A DNA stretch of 64,000 nt from Gaiellaceae bacterium (GTDB taxonomy: Bacteria > Actinomycetota > Thermoleophilia > Gaiellales > Gaiellaceae): positions 23,182-87,181 of the forward strand of contig DATIBF010000053.1 in the NCBI GenBank assembly GCA_035457655.1. The letters run 5' to 3'. The notes below the pieces were generated by a model. It did not search any database. It was not told the origin of the DNA and was given only the letters and a program-made list of their open reading frames with translations. The position numbers and the translations under genes are program-made. This document shows positions 10,027 through 19,172 of the stretch, piece after piece; the stretch's first letter is position 1, and every line of letters begins with the position of its first letter.

Positions 10027-10470
10027 ATGGAGCCTCTCCACCGAACCGGCGTGCTCGTACGGAGGCCCGTCGCCGTCGGGGACGTGCGGATCGGGGTCGC
10101 CGTCGAGGCGCTCTTCGACCGCGGGCTCGCGCGCCTCGTCGGTCTCGACGTCGGCTGCCGCGAAGGAGCGCGCCGCTTCCTGCCGTTCCCCGCCTGCGAG
10201 GTAGAGGAGCACCGACTCGCCGTCGCATCCGCGCTCGTCCTGCTCGATCGGGAGCTCGGCTTCTACCGAGCCGGAAGCCGAGCGTTCTCGGATCTCCTCG
10301 GCGAGGAGGTGAGTCTGGCAGGAGAACGCATCGGCCTGCTCGAGGACCTGCTCGTCGACCGAGGGGGCAATGTCAGGCGCGTCATCGTCTCCGTGCCGTC
10401 CGGCGACGTCGACCTCGAGCCGGGCCCGGCGCTCGCGATCGGGAACCACGTTCTTCGCCCGCCCGTCTGA
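10027..10470 (+). CDS. Tandem PRC-barrel-like protein (tentative)
   Basis: Two G-x-x-V..G..IG-type segments (VGDVRIGVAVEALFDRGLARLVGLDV and LLGEEVSLAGERIGLLEDLLVDRGGNVRRVIV). Same strand as its neighbours, fills the pcm-gtrA gap, and has G/C-rich third positions. Competes with antisense ORF 9232..10449. Confidence 0.55.
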   Translation: MEPLHRTGVLVRRPVAVGDVRIGVAVEALFDRGLARLVGLDVGCREGARRFLPFPACEVEEHRLAVASALVLLDRELGFYRAGSRAFSDLLGEEVSLAGERIGLLEDLLVDRGGNVRRVIVSVPSGDVDLEPGPALAIGNHVLRPPV

Positions 10471-10495
10471 ACCGACGATCTAACCTTCCCAGTCC

Positions 10496-10957
10496 GTGGC
10501 CAAAGGAGCCCAACTGACCTCCTCACGCACGAGCGCCTTCGCCGATGCCGCCTCGGGCGCGCTCCGCCGCCCCGCGAACTGGCTGCAGCTCGCGAAGTTC
10601 TGCACGGTCGGAGCCTCGGGCTACGTCGTCAACCTCGCCGTCTACGCGACGCTCCTTTCGCTCGGCGTCCACTACCTGGTCGCCGCCGTCTGCTCGTTCC
10701 TCGTCGCAGTGACGAACAACTACCTGTGGAACCGCGTCTGGACATTCAGGCACCAGCGTGGCCATCTCGTCTTCCAGGGCTTCCGGTTCCTGCTCGTCTC
10801 GACGGTCGCGCTCGGCGCGAACCTAGCGTTCCTGAGCATCCTCGTGGCCCTCGGCGTCCCCAAGCTGCCGGCCCAGGCAATCGCCATCGTGCTCGTCACG
10901 CCGTGGAACTTCGTCGCCAACAAGCTCTGGAGCTTTCGACGGCGGCACGCCCGGTAG
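10496..10957 (+). CDS. GtrA-family membrane protein (putative polyprenyl-phosphate-sugar translocation)
   Basis: FCTVGASGYVVNLAVYATLL, NNYLWNRVWTFR and NFVANKLWSFR. Confidence 0.85.
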   Translation: MAKGAQLTSSRTSAFADAASGALRRPANWLQLAKFCTVGASGYVVNLAVYATLLSLGVHYLVAAVCSFLVAVTNNYLWNRVWTFRHQRGHLVFQGFRFLLVSTVALGANLAFLSILVALGVPKLPAQAIAIVLVTPWNFVANKLWSFRRRHAR

Positions 10958-12744
10958 CGGTAGCGGCCACGCTCCTCGGCGCGCTGGCCCTCGCCGGGAG
11001 CGCATACGCGGCCGTTCCCCCGTCGCCGGTCTACGACGCCCGCGGCAACCTTATCGGGACGCCCTTCGCGCCCGCGCCGGAGAAGCCGGTCCTGACCGAG
11101 GAGGAGGCGGTCAACCGTGCGGTCGCCGACGCCAAGGTCGCCAACTGGCTCGACCGCTACCCGGAGGACAGCCTCACGAAGGAGGGCTCCTTCGACGACG
11201 ACGCCAAGGTCTGGACCGTGAAGGTGTGGTCCGACCTGCCGGATGCCGGACAGGTCGTGCTCGCGAAGGTCGACGACGCGTCGGGTGCCGTCACGGAGGC
11301 CTGGACGGGGCCGCAGGTCGCCTGGAAGATGGCGCGCGGCTACGAGGGTGCGTTCGGCCGGAAGATCAACAACCCCTGGATCTGGGGCTCGCTCTGCGCC
11401 GTCTTCTTCCTCGGGCTGGCGAACCTTCGACGGCCGCTGTCGCTTCGCAACCTCGACCTGCTCGTCCTGCTCTCGTTCAGCGCCTCGCTCTACTTCTTCA
11501 ACCAGGGCGAGGTGTTCACGGCGATGCCGCTCGCGTATCCGCCGATGGTCTACCTGCTCGGACGCATGGCCTGGATCGGCTGGAAGGGTCGCGGGAGCCC
11601 AGGGCGGCCGCTCTGGCCCGTGTGGGTGCTCCTGGCCGCGACCGTGTTCCTCGCCGGCTTTCGCTTCGGGCTGAACCTGCGCGCGTCGAACGTGATCGAC
11701 GTCGGCCTCGCCGGCGTCGTCGGCGCGCAGCGCATCGTCGAGGACGGCCAGGCGCCGTACGGGAACATGCCTGAGGACGTGGGCGAGGAGTGCGGCGAGC
11801 CCGACGCCGACGGCTACGTCCGCGAGCGGATCCAGACGAACGGCCGCTGCGAGGTGGCGAACGGCCGCGGCGACACGTACGGCCCCTTCAGCTACCTCGC
11901 GTACGTGCCCGGCTACGTGACCATGGGCTACGACTATGAGTGGGACTACCTCCCGGCCGCGCACTTCACGTCTCTTCTTTGGGACGCGCTCGCGCTGATC
12001 GGGATGGGCGCGCTCGGCTTTCGCTTCGGGGGACTGCGGCTCGGGGTGACGCTCGCCTTCGCCTGGGCGGCCTACCCCTTCACCCAGTACGTCTCGAGCT
12101 CGAACTCGAACGACGCGATCATGCCCGCGCTGCTCGTCTGGGGGCTCGTCTTCGTGACCTCGGCGCCCGCGCGAGGGCTGTTCGCGGGCCTGGCCGCGTG
12201 GACGAAGTTCGCGGGTCTCCTCCTCCTGCCGCTGTGGGCGTCCTATCCGAAGGCGTGGAAGTGGCCGCGGCAGCAGCTCCTCTTCCTCGCGGGCGTCCTG
12301 CTGGCGACGGCCCTGGCGTTCTGGGTGCTCCTGCTCGAGCCGGACCCGGCGCACGCCGCCCGCGTCTTCTGGGACCGGACGTTCGGCTGGCAGCTCTCAC
12401 GGCCGTCCCCGTTCTCGATCTGGGACTGGGACGAGTACCCCGGCTTCCCGGACCTTCACGTGCTGCAGACGGTCCTGAAGGGGCTGCTGCTGGCCGCCGC
12501 GTGCGTCCTCGCTTTCATCCCGCGCACGCGGAACGTCGTCCAGCTGGCCGCCCTGACCGGCGCGCTCCTGATCGGCTTCGAGCTCGTCCTCACCCACTGG
12601 TTCTACCTCTACATCCCCTGGTTCTTCCCCTTCGTCGCGTTCGCCGTGCTCGTTCCGGTCGCGGTCCGGGCGGCGGAGCCTGAGCCGCTACCCGAGGATT
12701 CGGGCGATGAGCGTCCGGTCGGAGAGCTCGTCCCGACCCGCTGA
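10903..12744 (+). CDS. Polytopic membrane glycosyltransferase-like protein (DUF2029/GT87-like) with N-terminal PepSY-like domain
   Basis: Signal/anchor segment AVAATLLGALALAGSAYA. PepSY-like segment EEEAVNRAVADAKVANWL...VWTVKVWSD...VLAKVDDASGAVTEAW. More than 10 hydrophobic helices follow. Start placed at in-frame GTG 10903; the listed start 10726 lies inside gtrA. Confidence 0.75.
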   Translation: MELRRQQALELSTAARPVAVAATLLGALALAGSAYAAVPPSPVYDARGNLIGTPFAPAPEKPVLTEEEAVNRAVADAKVANWLDRYPEDSLTKEGSFDDDAKVWTVKVWSDLPDAGQVVLAKVDDASGAVTEAWTGPQVAWKMARGYEGAFGRKINNPWIWGSLCAVFFLGLANLRRPLSLRNLDLLVLLSFSASLYFFNQGEVFTAMPLAYPPMVYLLGRMAWIGWKGRGSPGRPLWPVWVLLAATVFLAGFRFGLNLRASNVIDVGLAGVVGAQRIVEDGQAPYGNMPEDVGEECGEPDADGYVRERIQTNGRCEVANGRGDTYGPFSYLAYVPGYVTMGYDYEWDYLPAAHFTSLLWDALALIGMGALGFRFGGLRLGVTLAFAWAAYPFTQYVSSSNSNDAIMPALLVWGLVFVTSAPARGLFAGLAAWTKFAGLLLLPLWASYPKAWKWPRQQLLFLAGVLLATALAFWVLLLEPDPAHAARVFWDRTFGWQLSRPSPFSIWDWDEYPGFPDLHVLQTVLKGLLLAAACVLAFIPRTRNVVQLAALTGALLIGFELVLTHWFYLYIPWFFPFVAFAVLVPVAVRAAEPEPLPEDSGDERPVGELVPTR

Positions 12745-13942
12745 CGCAGGGCTCGTGCTGCTCACCCTGGCCGTCGGGCTGGGGCTCCTCACCGCGTCGT
12801 GGGGAGCGCTGCACCTGCCGCCCTTCGACCGCTACCAGATCATCGACACGCCGGTGTACCAGGAGTACGGCGAGGCGATGGCCGCGGGCGAAGTGCCCTA
12901 CCGCGACTTCGACCTCGAGTACCCGCCGGGAGCGCTTCCGACCTTCTGGCTGCCCACGCTCGGCCCCGCCGAGCATTACGCGTCGATCTTCGAGGCGCTG
13001 ATGTGGCTCTGTGCAGCTGCGCTTCTCGCCCTCGCCGTGTACGGCGCGTCGAGCCTCGGGGGATCTCCGGTGCGCCTGCTCGCCGTCGCGGCCGGCATCG
13101 GCCTCTTCCCGCTCGCGCTCGGGACGGTCGTGCTCACGCGCTACGACCTCTGGCCGGCGGCGCTCACCGCCGCGGTGCTCGCCGCGGTTCTGGCCGGTCG
13201 CGAGCGCCTCGCCCTCGCAGTGCTCGGCCTGGCCGTCGCCGCGAAGATCTACCCGCTCGTGCTGCTTCCTCTCCTTCTCGTCTACGTCGCCCGCAGGCAG
13301 GGTGTCAGCGCCGCGGCGATCGGCTTCGGCTGGTTCGCGGTCGCGCTCGCCGTCGTCGTCCTGCCGTTCGCGGTCATCGCCCCCGAGGGCGTCGTCGACT
13401 CGGCGCAGCGGCAGCTCGAGCGTCCGCTCCAGATCGAGAGCCTCGGCGCCTCCTTCCTGCTGGCGGCCCATCAGCTCGGGCTCTACGACCCGTCCATCGT
13501 CTCGACGCACGGTTCCCAGAACCTCAGCGGCGCCCTGCCGGACGCCCTCGCCACGGCGCAGACCGCGCTCCAGGCCGCGGCGCTCGTGGCGGTGTGGATC
13601 CTGTTCGCCCGCGGCCGGGCGACCCCGCTCCGGCTCGTCGTCGCGTGTGCCGCGTCGGTCGTCGTCTTCGTCGCCTTCGGCAAGGTGCTCTCGCCGCAGT
13701 TCATGATCTGGCTGGTCCCGGTCGCCGCCCTCGTCGCCGGGCGCGTCGGCCTCGCGGCGGGAGCGCTGCTCGGCGCCGCGCTCGTGACGACGCACCTCTG
13801 GTTCCCGACGCGCTACTGGGACCTCGTCGCCCTGGAGCCGGTGGGCTGGCTCGCGCTCGTCAGGAACGTCCTCCTCGTCACGCTCGCGGTGGTGCTCGGC
13901 ATCGCTACGGCACGGGCACGCGCAGCGGCTCGCAGCGGGTAG
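12707..13942 (+). CDS. GT87/DUF2029-family membrane glycosyltransferase-like protein
   Basis: GEVPYRDFDLEYPPGALPTFWLP near the N-terminus is the hallmark loop of this family. A polytopic membrane domain follows. Confidence 0.8.
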   Translation: MSVRSESSSRPADAGLVLLTLAVGLGLLTASWGALHLPPFDRYQIIDTPVYQEYGEAMAAGEVPYRDFDLEYPPGALPTFWLPTLGPAEHYASIFEALMWLCAAALLALAVYGASSLGGSPVRLLAVAAGIGLFPLALGTVVLTRYDLWPAALTAAVLAAVLAGRERLALAVLGLAVAAKIYPLVLLPLLLVYVARRQGVSAAAIGFGWFAVALAVVVLPFAVIAPEGVVDSAQRQLERPLQIESLGASFLLAAHQLGLYDPSIVSTHGSQNLSGALPDALATAQTALQAAALVAVWILFARGRATPLRLVVACAASVVVFVAFGKVLSPQFMIWLVPVAALVAGRVGLAAGALLGAALVTTHLWFPTRYWDLVALEPVGWLALVRNVLLVTLAVVLGIATARARAAARSG

Positions 13943-14687
13943 CCCGCCCGTCGGCCTCGCACTCGACGAGGAGACCTTCGATGCGGACGTCGCCGTCCGC
14001 GGGGTGGAAGCGCACCGGGATCCCCGTCCTCATCCGCTGGATCGCCAGCTCGGCGCGGACGCCGATGACGGAGTCGTGCGGTCCGGTCATGCCAGCGTCG
14101 GTGATCGCCGCCGTGCCCCCGGGAAGGACGCGCGCGTCGTTCGTTTGCACGTGGGTGTGCGTCCCGATCACGGCCGTGACCCTGCCGTCGAGCATCCGGG
14201 CCAGCGCGATCTTCTCGCTGGTCGCCTCCGCGTGGAAGTCGACGAGGACGACCGGCGTCTCCGCCCGGGCCTCCTCGACCAGCGCCTCGGCGACCCGGAA
14301 AGGGTGCACCGGCGTCTGCAGGAAGAGCTGGCCCTGAAGGTTGAGAACGGCGACCGGCGTGCCGTCGCGTGCCTCGGCGACGGTCAACCCGCGACCCGGG
14401 ATGCCGGCGTCCCCGAAGTTGGCGGGACGGAGCACACGCGGATCCGACTCGAGCATCGGCACGAGATCGCGGTGGCGCCACACGTGGTTCCCGGTCGTGA
14501 TCACGTCGGCCCCCGCCTCGAGGAGGCGCGTCGCGAGCTTGGCGGTCAGCCCGATCCCGTCCGCCGCGTTCTCCCCGTTCACGACGCAGAAGTCGGCGTC
14601 CAGCTCGTGCCTGAGCTCGGGGAGGCGGTCGGTCACCGCCCGGCGGCCGGGAGGGCCGAAGACGTCGCCGATGAAGAGCAGCTTCAG
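13905..14687 (-). CDS. YmdB-like (TIGR00282-type) metallophosphoesterase; start inferred at CTG
   Basis: NGENAADGIGLT, TTGNHVW, DFHAEATSEK, GTHTHVQT and TDAGMTGP. The indispensable N-terminal (M/L)KLLFIGDVFGPPGR lies upstream of the first canonical start (GTG 14636). It is in frame, with no ATG/GTG/TTG before the upstream stop, so I use CTG at 14687. Confidence 0.85.
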   Translation of the reverse strand: MKLLFIGDVFGPPGRRAVTDRLPELRHELDADFCVVNGENAADGIGLTAKLATRLLEAGADVITTGNHVWRHRDLVPMLESDPRVLRPANFGDAGIPGRGLTVAEARDGTPVAVLNLQGQLFLQTPVHPFRVAEALVEEARAETPVVLVDFHAEATSEKIALARMLDGRVTAVIGTHTHVQTNDARVLPGGTAAITDAGMTGPHDSVIGVRAELAIQRMRTGIPVRFHPADGDVRIEGLLVECEADGRATRCEPLRVPVP

Positions 14688-14698
14688 GGAGGTCGCTT

Positions 14699-15703
14699 CT
14701 AGGGGCTCGTGAGGGCCGTGGTCGGCTGGACCTCGATGTGCACGTGCTGTCCGTTGTCCTGCGTGTAGCGGGCGAGCCCGGCCCGCTCCACGTCTGAGAG
14801 GTCGATGACGCGGCCGATCTTCGTGGTGCCGGACGAGACCGTCGAGCCGACCGTCAGGGCCGGGTCGGCCCGGATGTTCGAGAGAGAAACGACGACCCCC
14901 GGCGAGCCGGAGGGCTGGATGTCGATCCTCACGCCGTAGACCTTGCCGTTGACGACGTTGTCGGTGATGGCGATCACGCTGCCGTCGACGGGCGCGTAGA
15001 CGTCAGTGTCGACCGGCGCCCCCACGTCGAGGCCGCCCGTCTCGGCGCCGACGCCGCCGTCGAGCATGTAGTAGCGGACGTCCGAGCCGCTCGAGCCGAA
15101 GAGGCGCCGGAAGAGACGCTCGGCGAGGCCCGCGTTCGCCTGGGTTCCCACCGGCTCGAGCGCGAGCGGCAGCGTGCCGCTGGCGTGGTAGCCGAGGGCG
15201 GTGACGCGGCTCTGGTTGACGGGAAGTTGGATCCGCAGGGATTCGTAGGTCGCGACGATCTGCGGCCTGGGCGGGCCGGCGGGCAGGAGGCGCGAGGCGG
15301 GCGCCGGGCCGGTGATCGTGACGGCCGTCTCGCCGCCCCGGCCGAAGGCGGTGAGGAGGAGGGCGACCAGGCACCCGGCCGCGACGACCACGAGGGCCGC
15401 CGTTCGGCGCGCGCGACGGGCCTTGGCCCGGGCTTCCTCACGCTGGCGCTTCCTCGCGCGCGCGGCGAAGCCAGGGGCTTCCGTCGTAGCCATCCGCGGC
15501 ACGGTAACGGATTTCAGGCCGAACGGGGGCTGCGAGGAATGATCCAGAGTGCCGTTCTGTCGTTCCACCGGCTCCGGCTGCAGCGCCAGCGCTCCGTCGG
15601 TCGGGAACTCCCAGTTCTCCTCGACACCCCAGAGGTCGACAACGTTCCCGCGCCTCGCAGGGGCTTCGTGCTCCTGGTCGTAGAGCTGAATCCCGATCGC
15701 CAT
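14699..15703 (-). CDS. M23 (LytM-type) peptidase-domain protein with a membrane anchor
   Basis: C-terminal VYGVRIDIQPSG....GQHVHIEV; TM segment AALVVVAAGCLVALLLTAF. An alternative start is ATG 15493 (MATTEAPGF...). Confidence 0.8.
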   Translation of the reverse strand: MAIGIQLYDQEHEAPARRGNVVDLWGVEENWEFPTDGALALQPEPVERQNGTLDHSSQPPFGLKSVTVPRMATTEAPGFAARARKRQREEARAKARRARRTAALVVVAAGCLVALLLTAFGRGGETAVTITGPAPASRLLPAGPPRPQIVATYESLRIQLPVNQSRVTALGYHASGTLPLALEPVGTQANAGLAERLFRRLFGSSGSDVRYYMLDGGVGAETGGLDVGAPVDTDVYAPVDGSVIAITDNVVNGKVYGVRIDIQPSGSPGVVVSLSNIRADPALTVGSTVSSGTTKIGRVIDLSDVERAGLARYTQDNGQHVHIEVQPTTALTSP

Positions 15704-15790
15704 CGACCGTCCTCGCGGCGTGGTCGCCGTGCGGCCACCTTGCCAAGCGTCCCGGACGGCGGGAACACCGAGCCTCCGGGTGAGTCAAAG

Positions 15791-16188
15791 ATGGCGCTGG
15801 AACTGCGTGCCCTTGCGACAACGGTCGGAGTCGTCCTCTTCACGGCCGTCTTCGCCGGCTGCGCCAGTTCCGGGGAGGCCGACTGCGTCTACGTCGTGAT
15901 GCGCCCGTCGAGCTCTCGGGGCCCTGGCTCGGGATTCTCGGCGCCGACGGCCACGCCGAGCTCGACCTGGCGCCTCCCTACGACGTCGACCTCTTCGTCG
16001 AGCAGGCCTCGGAGCCGAGGTACGAGCGCGCGTATCCGACGGTTCGCGTCCCGCCTGCGGTCGGAAGGCCGATCACGCGCACCGACATCGAGAGCTCGCT
16101 CTGGGAGGGCGGGACAGTCGCTCTGCGCGTGCGCTGCAGTGGTGACGGCGGCTACGTCGCCGAGAACCTCGAAGCCTCACCGCCCTGA
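15791..16188 (+). pseudogene. Lipoprotein gene split over two frames (frameshift near 15.89-15.90 kb)
   Basis: From ATG 15791 the frame gives a lipoprotein signal with lipobox (VVLFTAVFAGC-ASSG), then degenerates into Ser/Arg/Thr-rich nonsense running through hemB. From about 15898 the -1 frame reads a normal-looking 96-codon body (DAPVELSGPWLGILGADGH...GGYVAENLEASPP, stop 16186-16188) that has no start codon of its own. Confidence 0.5.
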
Positions 16189-16230
16189 TAGCCGCTGCTG
16201 GTTCGCGCCGGTTTGCGAAGATGCGGCGAC

Positions 16231-17202
16231 GTGTCGACCTTCCCGCTCACGCGGTTGCGTCGGTTCCGGCGCACGGCCGCGCTCCGCTCGCTCGTCCGCG
16301 AGACCAGGCTCGAGCTCGACGACTTCGTCTACCCGCTCTTCGTCTGCCCCGGCGAGGGCGTCGACCGACCGCTCGAAGGGCTGCCCGGCATCGCGCAGCG
16401 CTCGCTCGACGAGCTCTGCCGCGAGGCCGAGGCGGCGCACCGGGCCGGCGTCCGCGCTGTCCTCCTCTTCGGGATTCCGGAGGAGAAGGACGAAGCCGCC
16501 TCCGGCGCGTACGACGACGACGGGATCGTCCAGCGTGCCCTTCGGGCGCTGCGGGAGGAGGCACCCGGGCTCGTGCTCCTCACCGACGTCTGCCTCTGCG
16601 AGTACACGTCGCACGGCCACTGCGGGGTCGTCGAGGGCGACGAGATCCTGAACGACATCTCGCTCGAGCTGCTCGCGAAGACGGCCTTCAGCCACGCCGA
16701 AGCCGGCGCGGACGCGGTCTGCCCCAGCGACATGCTCGACGGGCGCGTCGGAGCGATCCGCGCTGCGCTCGACGCGGAAGGCCACGAAGAGCTCCCGATC
16801 GTCTCCTACTCAGCGAAGTACGCGTCGGCGTTCTACGGGCCTTTTCGCGAGGCGGCCGACTCCGCGCCGGCGTTCGGCGACCGGCGGAGCTACCAGATGG
16901 ATCCGCCGAACGTCCGGGAGGCGCTCCGCGAGTGCGAGCTCGACCTCGCCGAGGGCGCGGACGCGATCATGGTCAAGCCGGCGCTTCCCTACCTGGACGT
17001 GATCCGGGCCGCCCGCGAGCGCTTCGACGCCCCCCTCTTCGCCTACAACGTGAGCGGGGAGTACGCCATGGTCAAGGCGGCCGGCGCGCGCGGCTGGCTC
17101 GACGAGCGTTCGGCGGCCCTCGAGGGGCTCACCGCGATCAAGCGCGCGGGCGCGGATGTGATCGTCTCGTACTGGGCGCGGGAGCTGGCGGAGTGGCTCT
17201 GA
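16231..17202 (+). CDS. hemB: Porphobilinogen synthase (delta-aminolevulinate dehydratase)
   Basis: [48 protein letters not shown] and [11 protein letters not shown] 16231 is preferred over TTG 16213. Confidence 0.95.
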   Translation: MSTFPLTRLRRFRRTAALRSLVRETRLELDDFVYPLFVCPGEGVDRPLEGLPGIAQRSLDELCREAEAAHRAGVRAVLLFGIPEEKDEAASGAYDDDGIVQRALRALREEAPGLVLLTDVCLCEYTSHGHCGVVEGDEILNDISLELLAKTAFSHAEAGADAVCPSDMLDGRVGAIRAALDAEGHEELPIVSYSAKYASAFYGPFREAADSAPAFGDRRSYQMDPPNVREALRECELDLAEGADAIMVKPALPYLDVIRAARERFDAPLFAYNVSGEYAMVKAAGARGWLDERSAALEGLTAIKRAGADVIVSYWARELAEWL

Positions 17203-18467
17203 CGTCCACGAGCAGCTTCCAGCGCGCGTCGGCCGTCATTCCCGGCGGGGTGAACTCGCCGGTTCGAGCCTGGGGAGCGGTCGAGGCGGGCGAGCCGTTC
17301 TTCGCCGCACGCGGCGAGGGCGCCTACCTCTGGGACGAGGAGGGCAACCGCTACGTCGACTGGGTGATGTCGTGGGGCCCGCTCGTCTTCGGGCACGCCG
17401 ATCCCGAGGTGGTCGCGGCGGTGCAGGCGGCCGCGGCCGACGGCACGACCTTCGGGACGCCGACCGAGCGTGAGGTCGCGCTCGCCGAGGAGCTCGTCGA
17501 CGCCGTGCCCTCCGTGGAGAAGGTGCGCCTCGTCTCCTCCGGTACCGAAGCTGCGATGAGCGCCCTGCGGCTCGCCCGCGGAGTCACCGGCCGCGACCGA
17601 ATCCTCAAGTTCTCGGGCTGCTACCACGGGCACGCCGATGCGCTGCTCGCCGCGGCCGGCTCGGGGATGGCCACCCTCGGCATCCCCTCGTCCCCGGGCG
17701 TGCCTGCCGCCGCCGCCGCGGACACGATCGTCTGCGCGTACAACGACGTCGAATGCGTCCGGGGCGCTGTCGAGCGCCACGCGGACGACCTCGCGGCGAT
17801 CGTCGTCGAGCCGGTCGCCGGCAACATGGGCGTCATCCAGCCCGAGGCCGGCTTCCTCGAGGCGCTGCGGGCGCTCGCCGACGCCTCCGGCGCCCTGCTC
17901 GTCTTCGACGAGGTGATCACCGGCTTCCGCGTTGCCCGGGGCGGGGCCCAGGAGCTCTACGGCGTCACGCCCGACCTCACCGTCCTCGGCAAGATCGCCG
18001 GCGGCGGCCTGCCGCTCGCCGCCTTCGGTGGTCGGGCAGACCCGATGGACCAGCTTGCACCCGCCGGGCCCGTCTACCAGGCCGGCACGCTGTCCGGAAA
18101 CCCGCTCGCCACCGCAGCCGCCCTCGTCGTCCTCGAGCGCCTGCGGGATCCGGGCGTCTACGGGCGGCTGGAGGCGGCCGGCGCTCGGCTCGAGGCGGGG
18201 CTGCGGGAGGCGGCCGGAGGCGCGGAGGCGTGTGTACAACGCGTGGGCGCGATGGCGACCCTGTTTTTCCGGCCGGGGCCGGTGCGGAGCTTCGAGGAGG
18301 CGGCGGCGTGCGACACGGGGCGCTACGGGGCGTGGTTCCGGCGTGCCCTCGCCCGCGGCCATTACGTCGCCCCGTCGCAGTTCGAGGCCCTCTTCCTCTC
18401 GACCGCGCACGGGGAGCGCGAGATCGACGCGCTCGTGGAGGCCGCGCATGAGCTCTTCGGCGGCTGA
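17193..18467 (+). CDS. hemL: Glutamate-1-semialdehyde 2,1-aminomutase
   Basis: [54 protein letters not shown] and [13 protein letters not shown] 17193 overlaps the hemB stop. Confidence 0.95.
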   Translation: MALTSTSSFQRASAVIPGGVNSPVRAWGAVEAGEPFFAARGEGAYLWDEEGNRYVDWVMSWGPLVFGHADPEVVAAVQAAAADGTTFGTPTEREVALAEELVDAVPSVEKVRLVSSGTEAAMSALRLARGVTGRDRILKFSGCYHGHADALLAAAGSGMATLGIPSSPGVPAAAAADTIVCAYNDVECVRGAVERHADDLAAIVVEPVAGNMGVIQPEAGFLEALRALADASGALLVFDEVITGFRVARGGAQELYGVTPDLTVLGKIAGGGLPLAAFGGRADPMDQLAPAGPVYQAGTLSGNPLATAAALVVLERLRDPGVYGRLEAAGARLEAGLREAAGGAEACVQRVGAMATLFFRPGPVRSFEEAAACDTGRYGAWFRRALARGHYVAPSQFEALFLSTAHGEREIDALVEAAHELFGG

Positions 18468-18996
18468 GAACGGCATCTGGGCGACGATCGCCGACGAGGC
18501 CGGGCGCGAGAGCAGGCTCTGGGCCGCCGCGCTTCGCCCGGAGACGGAGCGCGATGACACGCCCGTCTTCTCCACGCTCGCCTCCGGCCGCTACGCGCTC
18601 GGGCTCGAGTCGATCTACGAGGGCTACCTCCTGCACTACGGACGGCCGCGCCTCTTTGCCCCGGCCGACTCCGACACGGCGATCCTGCTCGGTGACTACC
18701 TCTACGCCCACGGCCTCGTGCGCGTCGCCGCCCACCGGGAGGTCGCCGTCGTCTCGGACCTGGCCGAGCTCGTGTCTCTCTGCTCCCAGCTCCGGGCCGA
18801 GGAACGTGATGGGGACGGAGCCGCCTGGGCGGGGACGGTCGCCCTCCTGGGGAACGGTGACGGACGGCTCGATCGCGCGCGCGCGGCGCTCCGGCTGCAC
18901 GGCGATCCCGACCCGCTGCTCGCGGTGGCGGAGATCGAAGCCGGCTCCGCCCCGGTCGAACGGGCGCTGGCGCTGCACGCCGCCCGGCTCGATTGA
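18448..18996 (+). CDS. Hypothetical protein (182 aa), possibly a degenerate isoprenyl-diphosphate-synthase-like fold
   Basis: ATG 18448 overlaps the end of hemL. Coding-like third positions. LESIYEGYLLHYG and AILLGDYLYAHGLVRVA recall polyprenyl synthase helices but lack DDxxD. Confidence 0.6.
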   Translation: MSSSAAENGIWATIADEAGRESRLWAAALRPETERDDTPVFSTLASGRYALGLESIYEGYLLHYGRPRLFAPADSDTAILLGDYLYAHGLVRVAAHREVAVVSDLAELVSLCSQLRAEERDGDGAAWAGTVALLGNGDGRLDRARAALRLHGDPDPLLAVAEIEAGSAPVERALALHAARLD

Positions 18997-19160
18997 GAGC
19001 TTCTAACGCAATGAGGAACGACGCCGTCTGGCCGCGCTAGGCGGCCCGAGGCTGCGTCCTCGGTCGCGCCCAGACCTCATTCGGTATGAACGCTCCCTGC
19101 GTCCTTGCCTAGAACCACCCATCGCACGCAGCCGACGGGCCATCATTCCGTCAGAAGCTC

Positions 19161-19166
19161 TAGGAT
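19161..19166 (+). promoter_or_regulatory. -10-like hexamer TAGGAT, 6 nt upstream of ATG 19173 (leaderless-type arrangement)
   Basis: Fits TANNNT and there is no SD between it and the ATG. Confidence 0.3.
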
Positions 19167-19172
19167 CTGCCC

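Noticed and set aside
9232-10449. A 405-aa minus-strand ORF whose 5' third (about 9970-10449) encodes an acidic protein in the pcm-gtrA gap.
   Set aside because: Most of it is antisense to the unambiguous pcm gene. In the gap itself, the + strand ORF 10027..10470 has PRC-barrel-like repeats, the same orientation as all its neighbours and better third-position G/C bias.
15890-15905. Programmed -1 ribosomal frameshifting to join the lipoprotein signal peptide to the downstream frame.
   Set aside because: There is no X XXY YYZ slippery heptamer and no obvious downstream pseudoknot or hairpin at the junction. An indel, either a pseudogene or a sequencing error, is the simpler explanation.
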